DNA of 64,000 nucleotides from Deltaproteobacteria bacterium (lineage in GTDB: Bacteria > Desulfobacterota > JAFDED01). The DNA lies in contig JAFDED010000009.1 of the NCBI GenBank assembly GCA_019310535.1, forward strand, positions 65,621 to 129,620. Reading direction: 5' to 3'. The position numbers were made by a program, and so were the translations under genes. The notes under the pieces were generated by a model, which worked only from the letters and a program-made list of their open reading frames with translations, made no database searches and was not told where the DNA came from. Numbering within the stretch: position 1 is the first letter of the stretch; each line of letters begins with the position of its first letter. Positions 44,295-52,663 of the stretch are shown here, piece by piece.

Positions 44295-45911
44295 ATGCCC
44301 CCTGTAAAGGATAAAACAGATCTAACCAGAGTCGTTCGCGACATCTGGGAGCGTAAGAAGGAGGAGAGGACTCTGAGGGAGAGAGAAGAACGTTATCGAA
44401 TGTTTTTTAACAGCAGTAATGACGCTGTGTTTGTTCATGGATTGACAGAGGAGGGTGTGCCGGGCAAATTCATCGAAGTCAATTCTGCGGCATGTCAAAG
44501 ACTGGGATACACAAGAAAAGAGTTATTGCGTTTAACGCCTTTAGACCTCGTCGTTTCCCAGGAGATCGACGATGATGACGCAGTAAAAACAGAGTTGCTT
44601 ACGAAGAAACATGTTTTATACGAAAGGGTGTACAGAGCCAAAGACGGCAGAAATATCCCCGTTGAGATTAATTCCAGTCTTTTCGATTTTCAAGGACAGC
44701 CGGCCGTTCTCTCTATTGCCCGCGATATCGACGAACGGAAGCGCGCGCAGGAGAAAAAAAAGAAACCTGAAGCCCAGCTTCGACACGCCCCGACGATGAA
44801 GGCAATCGGCACCTTGGCCAGCGGCATTGCCCATGATTTCAATAACCTGCTTATGGCCATCCAGGGATACGCATCCCTGATGCTTATGGATATTGATTCC
44901 AGCCACCCACATTATGAGAAATTAAAAACCATAGAAGAACAAGTGCGACGGGGAGCGGATTTAAGCAGGCAACTGGTGGGCTTTGCCGGAGGGGGAAAAT
45001 ATGAGGCCAGGCCCGTCAACCTGAATGAAATCGTTGAAAAGACTTCCTTGGTATTTGCCCGCACCAGAAAGGACATAACGATTTATCAAAAACATCAGAA
45101 AGACATCTGGACTGTGGAAGCTGACCAGGGGCAGATTGAGAAGGCGCTGTTGGACCTCTATAACAATGCTCGGCACTCTATGCCCGGGGGAGGCGATCTC
45201 TACGTTGAAACGAAAAACGTTGCGCTTGATGAAAATTTTATCGGGCAGTTTGGAGTGGAACCGGGCGATTATGTGAGAATATCCATTGCTGACACCGGAG
45301 TGGGAATGGATGAGGCGACCAGTCAAAGAATATTCGAGCCCTTCTTCAGCACCAGAGAGATGGGGAGGGGCACAGGATTGGGCCTGGCCTCTGTCTATGG
45401 TATTGTCACCAACCATGGCGGCATCATTACTGTTCACGGTAAAAAAGGCAAGGGGACCGAATTCAACATCTATCTGCCGGCCTCGAAAAAGGAAGCCGTA
45501 AAAGAGAGGGCATTCGAGGATGAGGCCTTGAGGGGAAGAAAAACAATTCTCATAGTTGACGATGAGGTGCCCGTCCTGGATGTCGGTATTGAAATCTTAA
45601 AGTCATTGGGCCACACGGCTCTGCGGGCCGGAAGCGGGGAGGAAGCCGTTGAGGTTTACAAGGCAAATAAAGACAAGATTGACCTGGTCATCCTGGACAT
45701 GATCATGCCGGGGATAGGCGGGGGGGAAACGTACGACATTCTCAAGGCAATCAATCCGGATATAAAAGTCATACTTTACAGTGGTTATTCTATTAATGGA
45801 GAAGCAAAAAAGATATTAGACCGAGGATGCAATGCCTTTCTTCAGAAACCTTTCAGTATCAAGGAATTGTCGCAAAAGATAAGGGATGTTTTTGAAAACA
45901 AAGATACGTAA
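44295..45911 (+). CDS. Hybrid sensor histidine kinase (PAS - HisKA - HATPase - receiver)
   Basis: PAS region (EERYRMFFNSSNDAVFV), H-box IAHDFNNLL, N/G boxes (LYNNARHSMPGGG, DTGVGMD, GTGLGLA) and a C-terminal REC domain (ILIVDDE...DLVILDMIMPG). Confidence 0.85.
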   Translation: MPPVKDKTDLTRVVRDIWERKKEERTLREREERYRMFFNSSNDAVFVHGLTEEGVPGKFIEVNSAACQRLGYTRKELLRLTPLDLVVSQEIDDDDAVKTELLTKKHVLYERVYRAKDGRNIPVEINSSLFDFQGQPAVLSIARDIDERKRAQEKKKKPEAQLRHAPTMKAIGTLASGIAHDFNNLLMAIQGYASLMLMDIDSSHPHYEKLKTIEEQVRRGADLSRQLVGFAGGGKYEARPVNLNEIVEKTSLVFARTRKDITIYQKHQKDIWTVEADQGQIEKALLDLYNNARHSMPGGGDLYVETKNVALDENFIGQFGVEPGDYVRISIADTGVGMDEATSQRIFEPFFSTREMGRGTGLGLASVYGIVTNHGGIITVHGKKGKGTEFNIYLPASKKEAVKERAFEDEALRGRKTILIVDDEVPVLDVGIEILKSLGHTALRAGSGEEAVEVYKANKDKIDLVILDMIMPGIGGGETYDILKAINPDIKVILYSGYSINGEAKKILDRGCNAFLQKPFSIKELSQKIRDVFENKDT

Positions 45912-45919
45912 TCTTCATG

Positions 45920-45955
45920 CAGGGGCGGCCGCGAGCCGCCCCTGTCTTTTCATTT
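45920..45955 (+). terminator. Rho-independent terminator (also a member of the TCGCGA-type palindrome family)
   Basis: CAGGGGCGGC-CGCGA-GCCGCCCCTG followed by TCTTTTCATTTT, beginning 9 nt after the kinase stop codon. Confidence 0.7.
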
Positions 45956-46144
45956 TGCAATTGTTATTGGATCATTCATATGATCAAAGGAAAAATGGAG
46001 TAAGTCCCGCCCGGAAACCAGTTGACAACCTTCCGTGTTCTCGTCTAAGCTTACATAGACCACTGCAATTCCAAGCACGTCTCCGTGCTGTCATATATTC
46101 AAGCGATCAATAAATGCTCTTACGAAATCAAGGGGAGTGAAGCC

Positions 46145-47149
46145 ATGCTGAAGCCGATCATGACCATATCCCGGTATATTCTGGAGCAGCAGATACAGAA
46201 TCCCGGAGCAACCGGGAGGTTTTCCGGCCTTCTGACCACCATCACCCTTGCCGCCAAGGTGATCGCCAGGGAGGTCAGGAAATCGGGCCTGCTGGATATC
46301 CTGGGCAAGACAGGAGACGTCAATGTCCAGGGTGAGCAAGTAACCAAGCTGGATGAATTTTCCCACAAGGTCATCATGGACACGCTGGGACGCTCGGGCC
46401 ACGTGTGCGCACTGGCTTCAGAGGAAGAGGAATCAATCATAGAGATTCCCGAAGGGTATCCTCTGGGCAGGTACGTGCTCCTGCTCGACCCCCTGGACGG
46501 GTCTTCCAACATCGATGTCAATGTCAGCGTGGGGACAATTTTCTCCATCCACCGGAGAATCACCCGGGAAGGGAAGGGGATGACAGAGGATTTTCTACAG
46601 CCGGGGCACAGGCAGGTGGGGGCCGGGTATGTTGTCTACGGGTCAAGCACCATGATGGTTTACAGTACCGGTCAAGGAGTACACGGGTTCACCCTGGATC
46701 CGGAGGTGGGAGAATTCCTGCTCTCCCATGAAAATATCCGGATGCCCGAGAAGGGAAAAATATACAGCATCAACGAGGGGTATCATGACCGGTGGGAACG
46801 GGGAGTTGATGAGTACATCCATTACCTCAAGCGAGAGGATAAAGAGACGGATCGTCCCTATTCTTCCCGCTATATCGGGACGCTGGTGGCGGATTTTCAT
46901 CGCACGCTGCTCTACGGAGGCATTTTCCTGTATCCGTCGGACCGCAAGAGGCCTCACGGGAAGCTGAGGCTTCTGTACGAGGCCGCACCCATGGCCTATC
47001 TCGCGGAGCAGGCGGGCGGATTGGCCATCACAGGGCGCGAGAGAATTCTGGATATTCAGCCCACAAGCCTTCATCAACGGATTCCTCTGATCATCGGAAG
47101 CAGGCAGGATGTCCTGACGGCTGAGAAATTTATCCGTGCAGCCTCGTGA
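46145..47149 (+). CDS. fbp: Fructose-1,6-bisphosphatase class 1
   Basis: Motifs ASEEEE, LLDPLDGSSNIDVNVSVGTIFSI, GYVVYGSSTMMV and IYSINEG. ATG at 46145, after AAGGGGAG. Confidence 0.9.
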   Translation: MLKPIMTISRYILEQQIQNPGATGRFSGLLTTITLAAKVIAREVRKSGLLDILGKTGDVNVQGEQVTKLDEFSHKVIMDTLGRSGHVCALASEEEESIIEIPEGYPLGRYVLLLDPLDGSSNIDVNVSVGTIFSIHRRITREGKGMTEDFLQPGHRQVGAGYVVYGSSTMMVYSTGQGVHGFTLDPEVGEFLLSHENIRMPEKGKIYSINEGYHDRWERGVDEYIHYLKREDKETDRPYSSRYIGTLVADFHRTLLYGGIFLYPSDRKRPHGKLRLLYEAAPMAYLAEQAGGLAITGRERILDIQPTSLHQRIPLIIGSRQDVLTAEKFIRAAS

Positions 47150-47174
47150 GCCATGGGGATGATCGGCCCTGGAT

Positions 47175-47212
47175 ATAGTGGAGGGTCGGTTCGCGAACCA
47201 CCCCTCCACTAT
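47175..47212. repeat. GC-rich palindrome, TCGCGA-centred family (ATAGTGGAGGGTCGGTTCGCGAACCACCCCTCCACTAT)
   Basis: Extended imperfect palindrome, 26 nt after the fbp stop. Confidence 0.8.
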
Positions 47213-47257
47213 CGATCAGTAATGCAAGATTGGCAATTCGATGAAGTGCGGTTCTTA

Positions 47258-47311
47258 TTGCCGCTGCGCAGCCCGGACAATACATTGTCCGGGCCACCCC
47301 GCGGATATCAT
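47258..47311 (+). repeat. Hairpin repeat family A, copy 3
   Basis: TTGCCGCTGCGCAGCCCGGACAATACATTGTCCGGGCCACCCCGCGGATATCAT aligns with 71-120. Confidence 0.85.
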
Positions 47312-47389
47312 GGTAATGTTTACATTATGCAGTGCAACTCTTATAATTTTAAGCTGACCGACGCCGGCAGAATGTGGAAAGAAGGAATA

Positions 47390-47794
47390 ATGGAGTCTGA
47401 AATTCGGTTTGTTGAAAATCCTGATCTTAATGCAGAGGAGGTTGCCGCCCTGCGCAAGGCGGTGGGTTGGGACGGCAGGGTGGAGAAGCTCAAAAAGATC
47501 CTGGGGAACACTTTTATTTCCGCAGGCTGTTTCTATAACGGGAGACTGGTGGGATACGTGGACGTGGTCAGTGACGCCGTTGACGATGCGTATATCCGCA
47601 ATCTGATGGTTCATCCCGAGTATCAGGGACGCGGAATCGGCTCGGAATTGATTTCCACGATCCTCCGCAGGATTAAACGTGAGGGAATCAAAATGGCAAA
47701 TGTCCTCTTCGAGCCACATCTCGTTGATTTTTATCGAAAGTGCGGTTTCACCATTATGGCTGGTGGAGTGATAGATAACGAAAAGAAACAGTAA
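47390..47794 (+). CDS. GNAT family N-acetyltransferase
   Basis: Starts MESEIRF. The acetyl-CoA motif is VHPEYQGRGIGSELI. The track ORF start at 47153 reads through intergenic repeats. Confidence 0.75.
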   Translation: MESEIRFVENPDLNAEEVAALRKAVGWDGRVEKLKKILGNTFISAGCFYNGRLVGYVDVVSDAVDDAYIRNLMVHPEYQGRGIGSELISTILRRIKREGIKMANVLFEPHLVDFYRKCGFTIMAGGVIDNEKKQ

Positions 47795-47820
47795 AAGAGC
47801 AGGATAATCGGTTCAAAAGA

Positions 47821-48000
47821 GAATTATCCACTTTCATCAGCAACATATTGATCAACGACATTGCAGCCAAATCGCCGCCAATAAATAGATGAAGGATGTT
47901 GTTGTGGTGGCAAGGACAATAAATTGTACGGCCACCCCCAGGCTCTGATACTCCACCCCGGAGCGGGAGGTTATCCCCCGGATCCACAATTACCCCTTTT
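47821..48000 (-). repeat. Modular intergenic repeat B, composite copy
   Basis: rc 47821-47905 matches 38141-38222. 47911-47940 resembles hairpin family A. 47941-48000 is the reverse complement of 22845-22905. Confidence 0.8.
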
Positions 48001-48153
48001 CCCTTTGTAAAATTCGGGGTAACTCCTGCGGGATTGACAAGAAGGCATTTATAGAGAGAAAATAACACCCGATCCCCCCACTTTTCGATGTAGAACAGGG
48101 TTTAACCCCTTGCTTGATCGAATGTCCACCCGCAAGGTCAGGAGGGACAAGAT

Positions 48154-49830
48154 ATGAAAAGTATTAAAATATTGCTGCTGGCGGCAGTAATTATTTGTAT
48201 CGGCGGCACGGCAGGCCATGCCGTGACAGTGAATCTGGTCGGATTTGGTGACGAGGATTGGGGCGAGGGAAACTCCCCCGGTATACTTGGTGATCGCTCG
48301 GATTGGGCCGAAGTTGTGGAGGTGGAAAACTATGCGACAGATTCCAGAACAGCCACATCCGGAAATTTCCAGGTATTTGATGTCGGCCCCGAACTCTGGA
48401 GCAAAGGGATTTGGCTTTTCGGCGATCCGGGCTACATAGAGGTAAACTTCACCACTCCTTCAGACAGCCTCTTCGTGCAGTTTGAGTCCGATTCCAATGA
48501 CGGGCAGGCCGATTTTTATTTGGACGGGCAGCTCGTACACAGCATGAACACCAATAATGGAAGCTGGTTCGCCGTTGTATTCAGCGGCCTGGAGTTGGGA
48601 ACTCACACGCTCAGAGTGGTAGCCGCGGGAACTGTTTCTCCCGATCACCTGTCCATTGACGCCATGGGATCGGGGGCTCCTGATGGAGGAGACGATGGAG
48701 GCGGAACCCAGACCAGCACTCCCTGCGCCCTCGACATGAGCGGGGCGGTGGTCAATTTCGGACATGACGGCACGACAAACACTCTTTATTGCAGCAACAT
48801 TCAGTTCCTGGAGACGGCCTTCACCATCTTCTGGAAGCTCAGCCTGATCAGCGGCACCTGGGAAATCCAGGGCACCGGCGGAACGGCCTCCGGCACGGGC
48901 GGACTCATCGACTTCAGCTCCGCCACGGTGGAGTTCTCGGAGTGTTTGAACATGGTAATCCGGGACTTCCTGTTCCTGGGCCAGTCGTTTACTGCCTGCT
49001 GGGGCCTGGACATGACCAACGGCAACTTTGTGCTGGTGGGCCTGGGCGACGGGTGCGCCGATACCGGCGACGACGGGCAGACCAACGGGCGGAGCTCCAC
49101 GGTTACCGTCCACGTGACAGACGCCGGCACAGGGGATGACCTTTCCGGGGCGACGGTGATGCTTCTCGGCACAGGGCAGTTCACCGATGTCACGGATGAA
49201 AACGGCATCTGCACCTTCCGGGACGTACCGTATGGCGCCTACGACATTGAGGTGATAGGGCCTACGGGATACGTAAGCTCCACGCGAAGCGAGACCATCG
49301 ACGATCCTGCCGAAAATTTCCTCATTGTCCTGAGTACTATTCTGACTTCTGACCAAATTCGGATCGTGCTGACCTGGTTCCAGGTGCCGGAGGATCTGGA
49401 CGCCCACCTGAGGGTGCCTTCGGATTCCGGCATTTCCGATAGTCATGTAGGCTATCAGTTGCTTGATTTCGGAATCGCGGCTGTTAACTACGGATCAGCA
49501 ACATCCTATCCATGGGCCACCCTGGATGTGGATGATGTGGACGGGATGGGGCCTGAGACCATCACCATCCACCAACTAGTCCCGGGCACTTACCACTATT
49601 ACGTCCACCTGTATCAAGACCCGCGCACTGCTGATCAGTTTGATGAAAGCTTGGTGCTGGTTCCCCTCAGGGATTCCGGTGCCAGGGTGGAAGTAATACG
49701 CGGCAGCACCATAATTGCATCCTATTCAATCCCCACCACGGGTGTGGGACGGATCTGGTACGTGTTCTACATGGACGGCTCCAGCGGCGGCATCGTGGAT
49801 ATTAATAGTATTCAGCAAAACCTTCCCTGA
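48154..49830 (+). CDS. Secreted multidomain protein, paralog 1 (unknown N-domain, unknown middle domain, CarboxypepD_reg-like domain, DUF2135/YfaP-like C-domain)
   Basis: AGGAGG SD and a signal peptide. The N-terminal about 170 aa and the middle about 200 aa are collinear with the 55675-57273 product. TVTVHV...GATVML...TDENGICTFRDVPYGAYDIEV resembles a carboxypeptidase-regulatory-like fold. IRIVLTW...DLDAHL...DVDDVDGMGPETI...PGTYHYYV resembles DUF2135. Confidence 0.7.
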   Translation: MKSIKILLLAAVIICIGGTAGHAVTVNLVGFGDEDWGEGNSPGILGDRSDWAEVVEVENYATDSRTATSGNFQVFDVGPELWSKGIWLFGDPGYIEVNFTTPSDSLFVQFESDSNDGQADFYLDGQLVHSMNTNNGSWFAVVFSGLELGTHTLRVVAAGTVSPDHLSIDAMGSGAPDGGDDGGGTQTSTPCALDMSGAVVNFGHDGTTNTLYCSNIQFLETAFTIFWKLSLISGTWEIQGTGGTASGTGGLIDFSSATVEFSECLNMVIRDFLFLGQSFTACWGLDMTNGNFVLVGLGDGCADTGDDGQTNGRSSTVTVHVTDAGTGDDLSGATVMLLGTGQFTDVTDENGICTFRDVPYGAYDIEVIGPTGYVSSTRSETIDDPAENFLIVLSTILTSDQIRIVLTWFQVPEDLDAHLRVPSDSGISDSHVGYQLLDFGIAAVNYGSATSYPWATLDVDDVDGMGPETITIHQLVPGTYHYYVHLYQDPRTADQFDESLVLVPLRDSGARVEVIRGSTIIASYSIPTTGVGRIWYVFYMDGSSGGIVDINSIQQNLP

Positions 49831-49865
49831 GTAAAACGATCCGTTTATAACCATCTTATAACCAT

Positions 49866-49907
49866 CCATAAACGAAGCCCCTCCGTATCGGGGGGCTTTG
49901 TTTATGG
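49866..49907 (+). terminator. Long hairpin downstream of paralog 1 (terminator-like)
   Basis: CCATAAACGAAGCCCC-TCCGTATC-GGGGGCTTTGTTTATGG forms a 16-bp stem with one mismatch. T-rich on the 3' arm. Confidence 0.5.
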
Positions 49908-49955
49908 ATAAAGCCTCTTTCGGCCTATGTATGAAAACAGTATGACAGCGTCGGT

Positions 49956-50444
49956 TTATGGGGAGGCCAGGGTGTAAACGGAGTGTTCCCGGGTGGCTGG
50001 AAAATCATCAAAGCCAATGCCCGGCTGTATTGTCCAGTTTCTGACCGCTCTTTCCCAGGCCATCCAGATTATTTGGGTTTCCCCGGCGCGGGGCTGTTGC
50101 GTTGCATTGGACACGTTTCTGTTCCTACGAATGAAAACTCCGTCTTCCACCGCGCTCTGCACGAGAAGGGCCACCTGGGCGCCGCGGTCCACCATGGCGG
50201 CCGCACGAATCTTCATCTCATCGGCGCCGGTGGATCCCGTCTGCATCACACCGGTGCGTTGGTGCTCTTCCTGCCCTATCCTGAAGAAAAGCTTCCTGGG
50301 AATCTTCACCTGGAATCGTAACCTTACCGATACGTCACTGCTGAGGCCGGTCCTGGAACCCGCATAAGCGGTGGGAAAACTGTACATCAATAATGCCGTG
50401 ATGATAAAAACCATGAATATTGCGGCCTGTCGCATCGTGTTCAT
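49956..50444 (-). CDS. Small secreted hypothetical protein (162 aa), sigma-54-dependent by promoter prediction
   Basis: Signal peptide MNTMRQAAIFMVFIITALLMYSFPTAYA. SD GGAAGGGA. A sigma-54 promoter lies 31-46 nt upstream of the ATG. No family recognised. Confidence 0.6.
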   Translation of the reverse strand: MNTMRQAAIFMVFIITALLMYSFPTAYAGSRTGLSSDVSVRLRFQVKIPRKLFFRIGQEEHQRTGVMQTGSTGADEMKIRAAAMVDRGAQVALLVQSAVEDGVFIRRNRNVSNATQQPRAGETQIIWMAWERAVRNWTIQPGIGFDDFPATREHSVYTLASP

Positions 50445-50474
50445 TCCCTTCCATCGGACTTCGACCAGGAAGAG

Positions 50475-50490
50475 AGCGAATAGCGTGCCA
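50475..50490 (-). promoter_or_regulatory. Sigma-54 (-24/-12) promoter
   Basis: The minus strand reads TGGCACGCTATTCGCT against the consensus TGGCACG-N4-TTGCW. GG and GC are at the exact canonical spacing, with one mismatch in the -12 element. The site lies about 31 nt upstream of the 50444 ATG, next to an EBP gene. Confidence 0.65.
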
Positions 50491-50629
50491 TTCGGAAAAA
50501 GTGCGCAGGCTTATAAGCATAATATATTGATAATATTAGTTTATAATGATTTTAGACGCATGAGCGAAGCAGTGGATGGCAGTCCGGAATGTGAAAGTTT
50601 CGGAATTTTTCTTCCGATATTTCGGAACC

Positions 50630-50699
50630 AGGTGAAAGGATCAAGGTGAAAGGTGAAAGGTGAAAGGTGCAAGGTGCAAGGTGCAAGGTGAAAGGTGAA
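50630..50699 (+). repeat. Tandem heptanucleotide array, 10 units (AGGTGAA, AGGATCA, AGGTGAA x3, AGGTGCA x3, AGGTGAA x2)
   Basis: Counted directly. It lies between the EBP stop (50722) and the sigma-54 promoter, about 140-210 bp upstream of the promoter. Confidence 0.95.
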
Positions 50700-50721
50700 A
50701 GGGCATGCGGCCTGGAGGTCG

Positions 50722-52212
50722 TTATGCTCTGGTGAATTTGAAAGCTTCTTTCTTCAACCCGTGCTCTTTCATCTTTTCATACAGGGTTCTCGGCGTCACC
50801 CCCATCTGACTGGCTGAGTTGGCGATGTTCCCGCGGTTGTCCCTCAGAATCCGTTCAATGTATTTCTTCTCCAGGGGGTTCACCATGTTGCGGTGAAACT
50901 CCCGCAGCGTCAGAGAGCTCAATTCCTCTTCATCGAGCAGCGGCGGCGTCCCGGGCGTTTGGGATGCCCCGCTGGGCGTGAACTCCTGGATACGGTCTCC
51001 GGGGCAGAGGATCACCGCCTTTTCGATGTAATGTTCCAGTTCGCGCACGTTCCCCGGCCATGGATACCGCATCATCGCCTTCAGCACCCCCTGATCAAGG
51101 GTGGGTTTTGGTTTTTGGAATTTTTCGGAAATTTTTTTCAGAAAATGCTCTGCAAGGGGTGGGATGTCCTCGGGCCTTTCGCGAAGGGGCGGTATGTGGA
51201 TGGGGAGCACGCTCAACCGGTAGTAAAGATCCTCCCGCAGAGACCCCTCCCTGATGGCGGCAGCGGGATCGACATTGGTGGCCGCGATGATGCGTGCGTC
51301 CACTGCGATGGGTTTTGTGCCGCCCAGGCGCTCGATTATGCCCTCTTCGATGAACTGAAGAAGCTTGACCTGAAACACCAGGGGCATGGTGCCGATCTCA
51401 TCCAGGAACAGGGACCCCCCCGATGCGCGCTCCGTTTTTCCCATCCTCCTTTCCACCGCACCGGTGAATGCACCCTTTTCATACCCGAACATCTCGCTCT
51501 CCAGGAGAGACTCCGGGATGGCGCCGCAATGTACGGTCACGAAAGGGCCCCTGGAGCGGGCACTGTTGAAATGGATAATCCTCGCGATGAGGCCCTTTCC
51601 CGTGCCCGTCTCGCCGGTGATGAGCACCGGAGAATCCACCCCGGAGACCTCGCGGATGAGCTTGACGGTCTCCCTCATGGGCCTGCTTTCGCCCACCAGT
51701 TGATGAATTTCGTACTGCTCCTTCACGAGAAGCGCCAGGTTCTCGTTGGCTTGCTTAAGCCTTCTATGCTCGGAGAGGAGGCGGTGTCTGGCGGTGGAAC
51801 GGTCCAGGACGAGTCTGAGGTGATCCAAGTCGAGGGGCTTCAGGATGAAATCCGCTGCCCCTAATTTCATCACTTCCACCGCTGACTCGACGGAACCGTA
51901 CGCGGTCATCACCACGACCTCTGTCTCGGGATATTCTTTTTTTATCCGCTCCGCCACCTCTTTTCCGTCCAGACCAGGCATACGGAGGTCGGTGAGCACC
52001 ACATCAAAGGTTCTCTTCCGGCATCTCGCCAGCCCCTCCCCCCCGCTCTGGGAAACCTCCACGTAGTAATTCCAGTTGGAGATGACCCTGGAGAGCAGCG
52101 TCAATATCGGCCGTTCGTCATCAATGACCAGCACCGACGGCTGCTGGACACCCTGCTGCGCCGTGGCGGCGGTTTTATCATCCCTGAACTTTTCCCTGTC
52201 TTTTTCTTGCAT
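50722..52212 (-). CDS. Sigma-54-dependent response regulator (REC - AAA+ EBP - Fis-type HTH; NtrC class)
   Basis: REC domain (VLVIDDE...VLTDLRMPG), Walker A GETGTGKG, GAFTGA loop (EKGAFTGAV) and a C-terminal HTH. I prefer the ATG at 52212; the track start at 52245 is a TTG. Confidence 0.9.
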   Translation of the reverse strand: MQEKDREKFRDDKTAATAQQGVQQPSVLVIDDERPILTLLSRVISNWNYYVEVSQSGGEGLARCRKRTFDVVLTDLRMPGLDGKEVAERIKKEYPETEVVVMTAYGSVESAVEVMKLGAADFILKPLDLDHLRLVLDRSTARHRLLSEHRRLKQANENLALLVKEQYEIHQLVGESRPMRETVKLIREVSGVDSPVLITGETGTGKGLIARIIHFNSARSRGPFVTVHCGAIPESLLESEMFGYEKGAFTGAVERRMGKTERASGGSLFLDEIGTMPLVFQVKLLQFIEEGIIERLGGTKPIAVDARIIAATNVDPAAAIREGSLREDLYYRLSVLPIHIPPLRERPEDIPPLAEHFLKKISEKFQKPKPTLDQGVLKAMMRYPWPGNVRELEHYIEKAVILCPGDRIQEFTPSGASQTPGTPPLLDEEELSSLTLREFHRNMVNPLEKKYIERILRDNRGNIANSASQMGVTPRTLYEKMKEHGLKKEAFKFTRA

Positions 52213-52504
52213 GGCAAAAAAGACCCGTACACTCTTCCGGTGCAATATATGATATCATGTTACATGTATCAACGAATAAGCATAAAGTCAACTAACCATC
52301 CCTCGGGGACACCATACGTTTTTTTTGACCGGAAGCGTATCGGTGGAGCAGCGCGGCGGCGCACATGGCGGGTCGGGACGACGCCATGGTGAGGGCATCC
52401 CCCCTTCTGGAGATGGTGGGAGATTGGGGAGGATTCCTTTCCCATGATGTCGTGCAGGAGTATGTGAGGCTCCTTTGGTTCCACGAGCGCACGGGGAGGT
52501 CGAA

Positions 52505-52545
52505 CCTTTCCCCTTGATCCTTTCCCCTTGATCCTTCCCCATGAT
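52505..52545 (+). repeat. Tandem 14/13-nt repeat (CCTTTCCCCTTGAT x2, CCTTCCCCATGAT)
   Basis: Counted directly. Its reverse complement, GGAAAGGATCAAGGGGAAAGG, closely matches GTGAAAGGATCAAGGTGAAAGG at 50632-50653. It sits about 260-330 bp upstream of the EBP start. Confidence 0.9.
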
Positions 52546-52597
52546 CTTTATCCTGACCAGGGGGATACCATGTGTGTTCCGTTTCCCACTATTTTTG

Positions 52598-52620
52598 ATG
52601 ATTTTGATTGACAAAATCAT
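52598..52620. promoter_or_regulatory. Perfect 9-bp inverted repeat ATGATTTTG-N5-CAAAATCAT (operator-like)
   Basis: Seen directly in the divergent EBP/ccsB intergenic region. It overlaps a TTGACA hexamer (52609-52614). Confidence 0.35.
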
Positions 52621-52663
52621 TCATATATATTAAGCCATTTTCCAAAGGAAAAGGATCAGGATA

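Noticed and set aside
48097-48115. Possible sigma-54 promoter AGGGTTTAACCCCTTGCTT upstream of paralog 1.
   Set aside because: GG-to-GC spacing is one nucleotide too long and the -24 element is poor. Sigma-54 spacing is strict, so I do not call it.
50630-50699. Heptad array considered as a CRISPR array or as coding repeats.
   Set aside because: The unit is only 7 bp with no spacers, so it is not a CRISPR. It lies between a stop codon and a promoter, and no ORF with a plausible start or SD spans it.
52609-52640. Sigma-70 promoter call from TTGACA at 52609-52614.
   Set aside because: No convincing -10 hexamer lies 16-18 nt downstream; TATATT and TATTAA are too close. I record only the inverted repeat.
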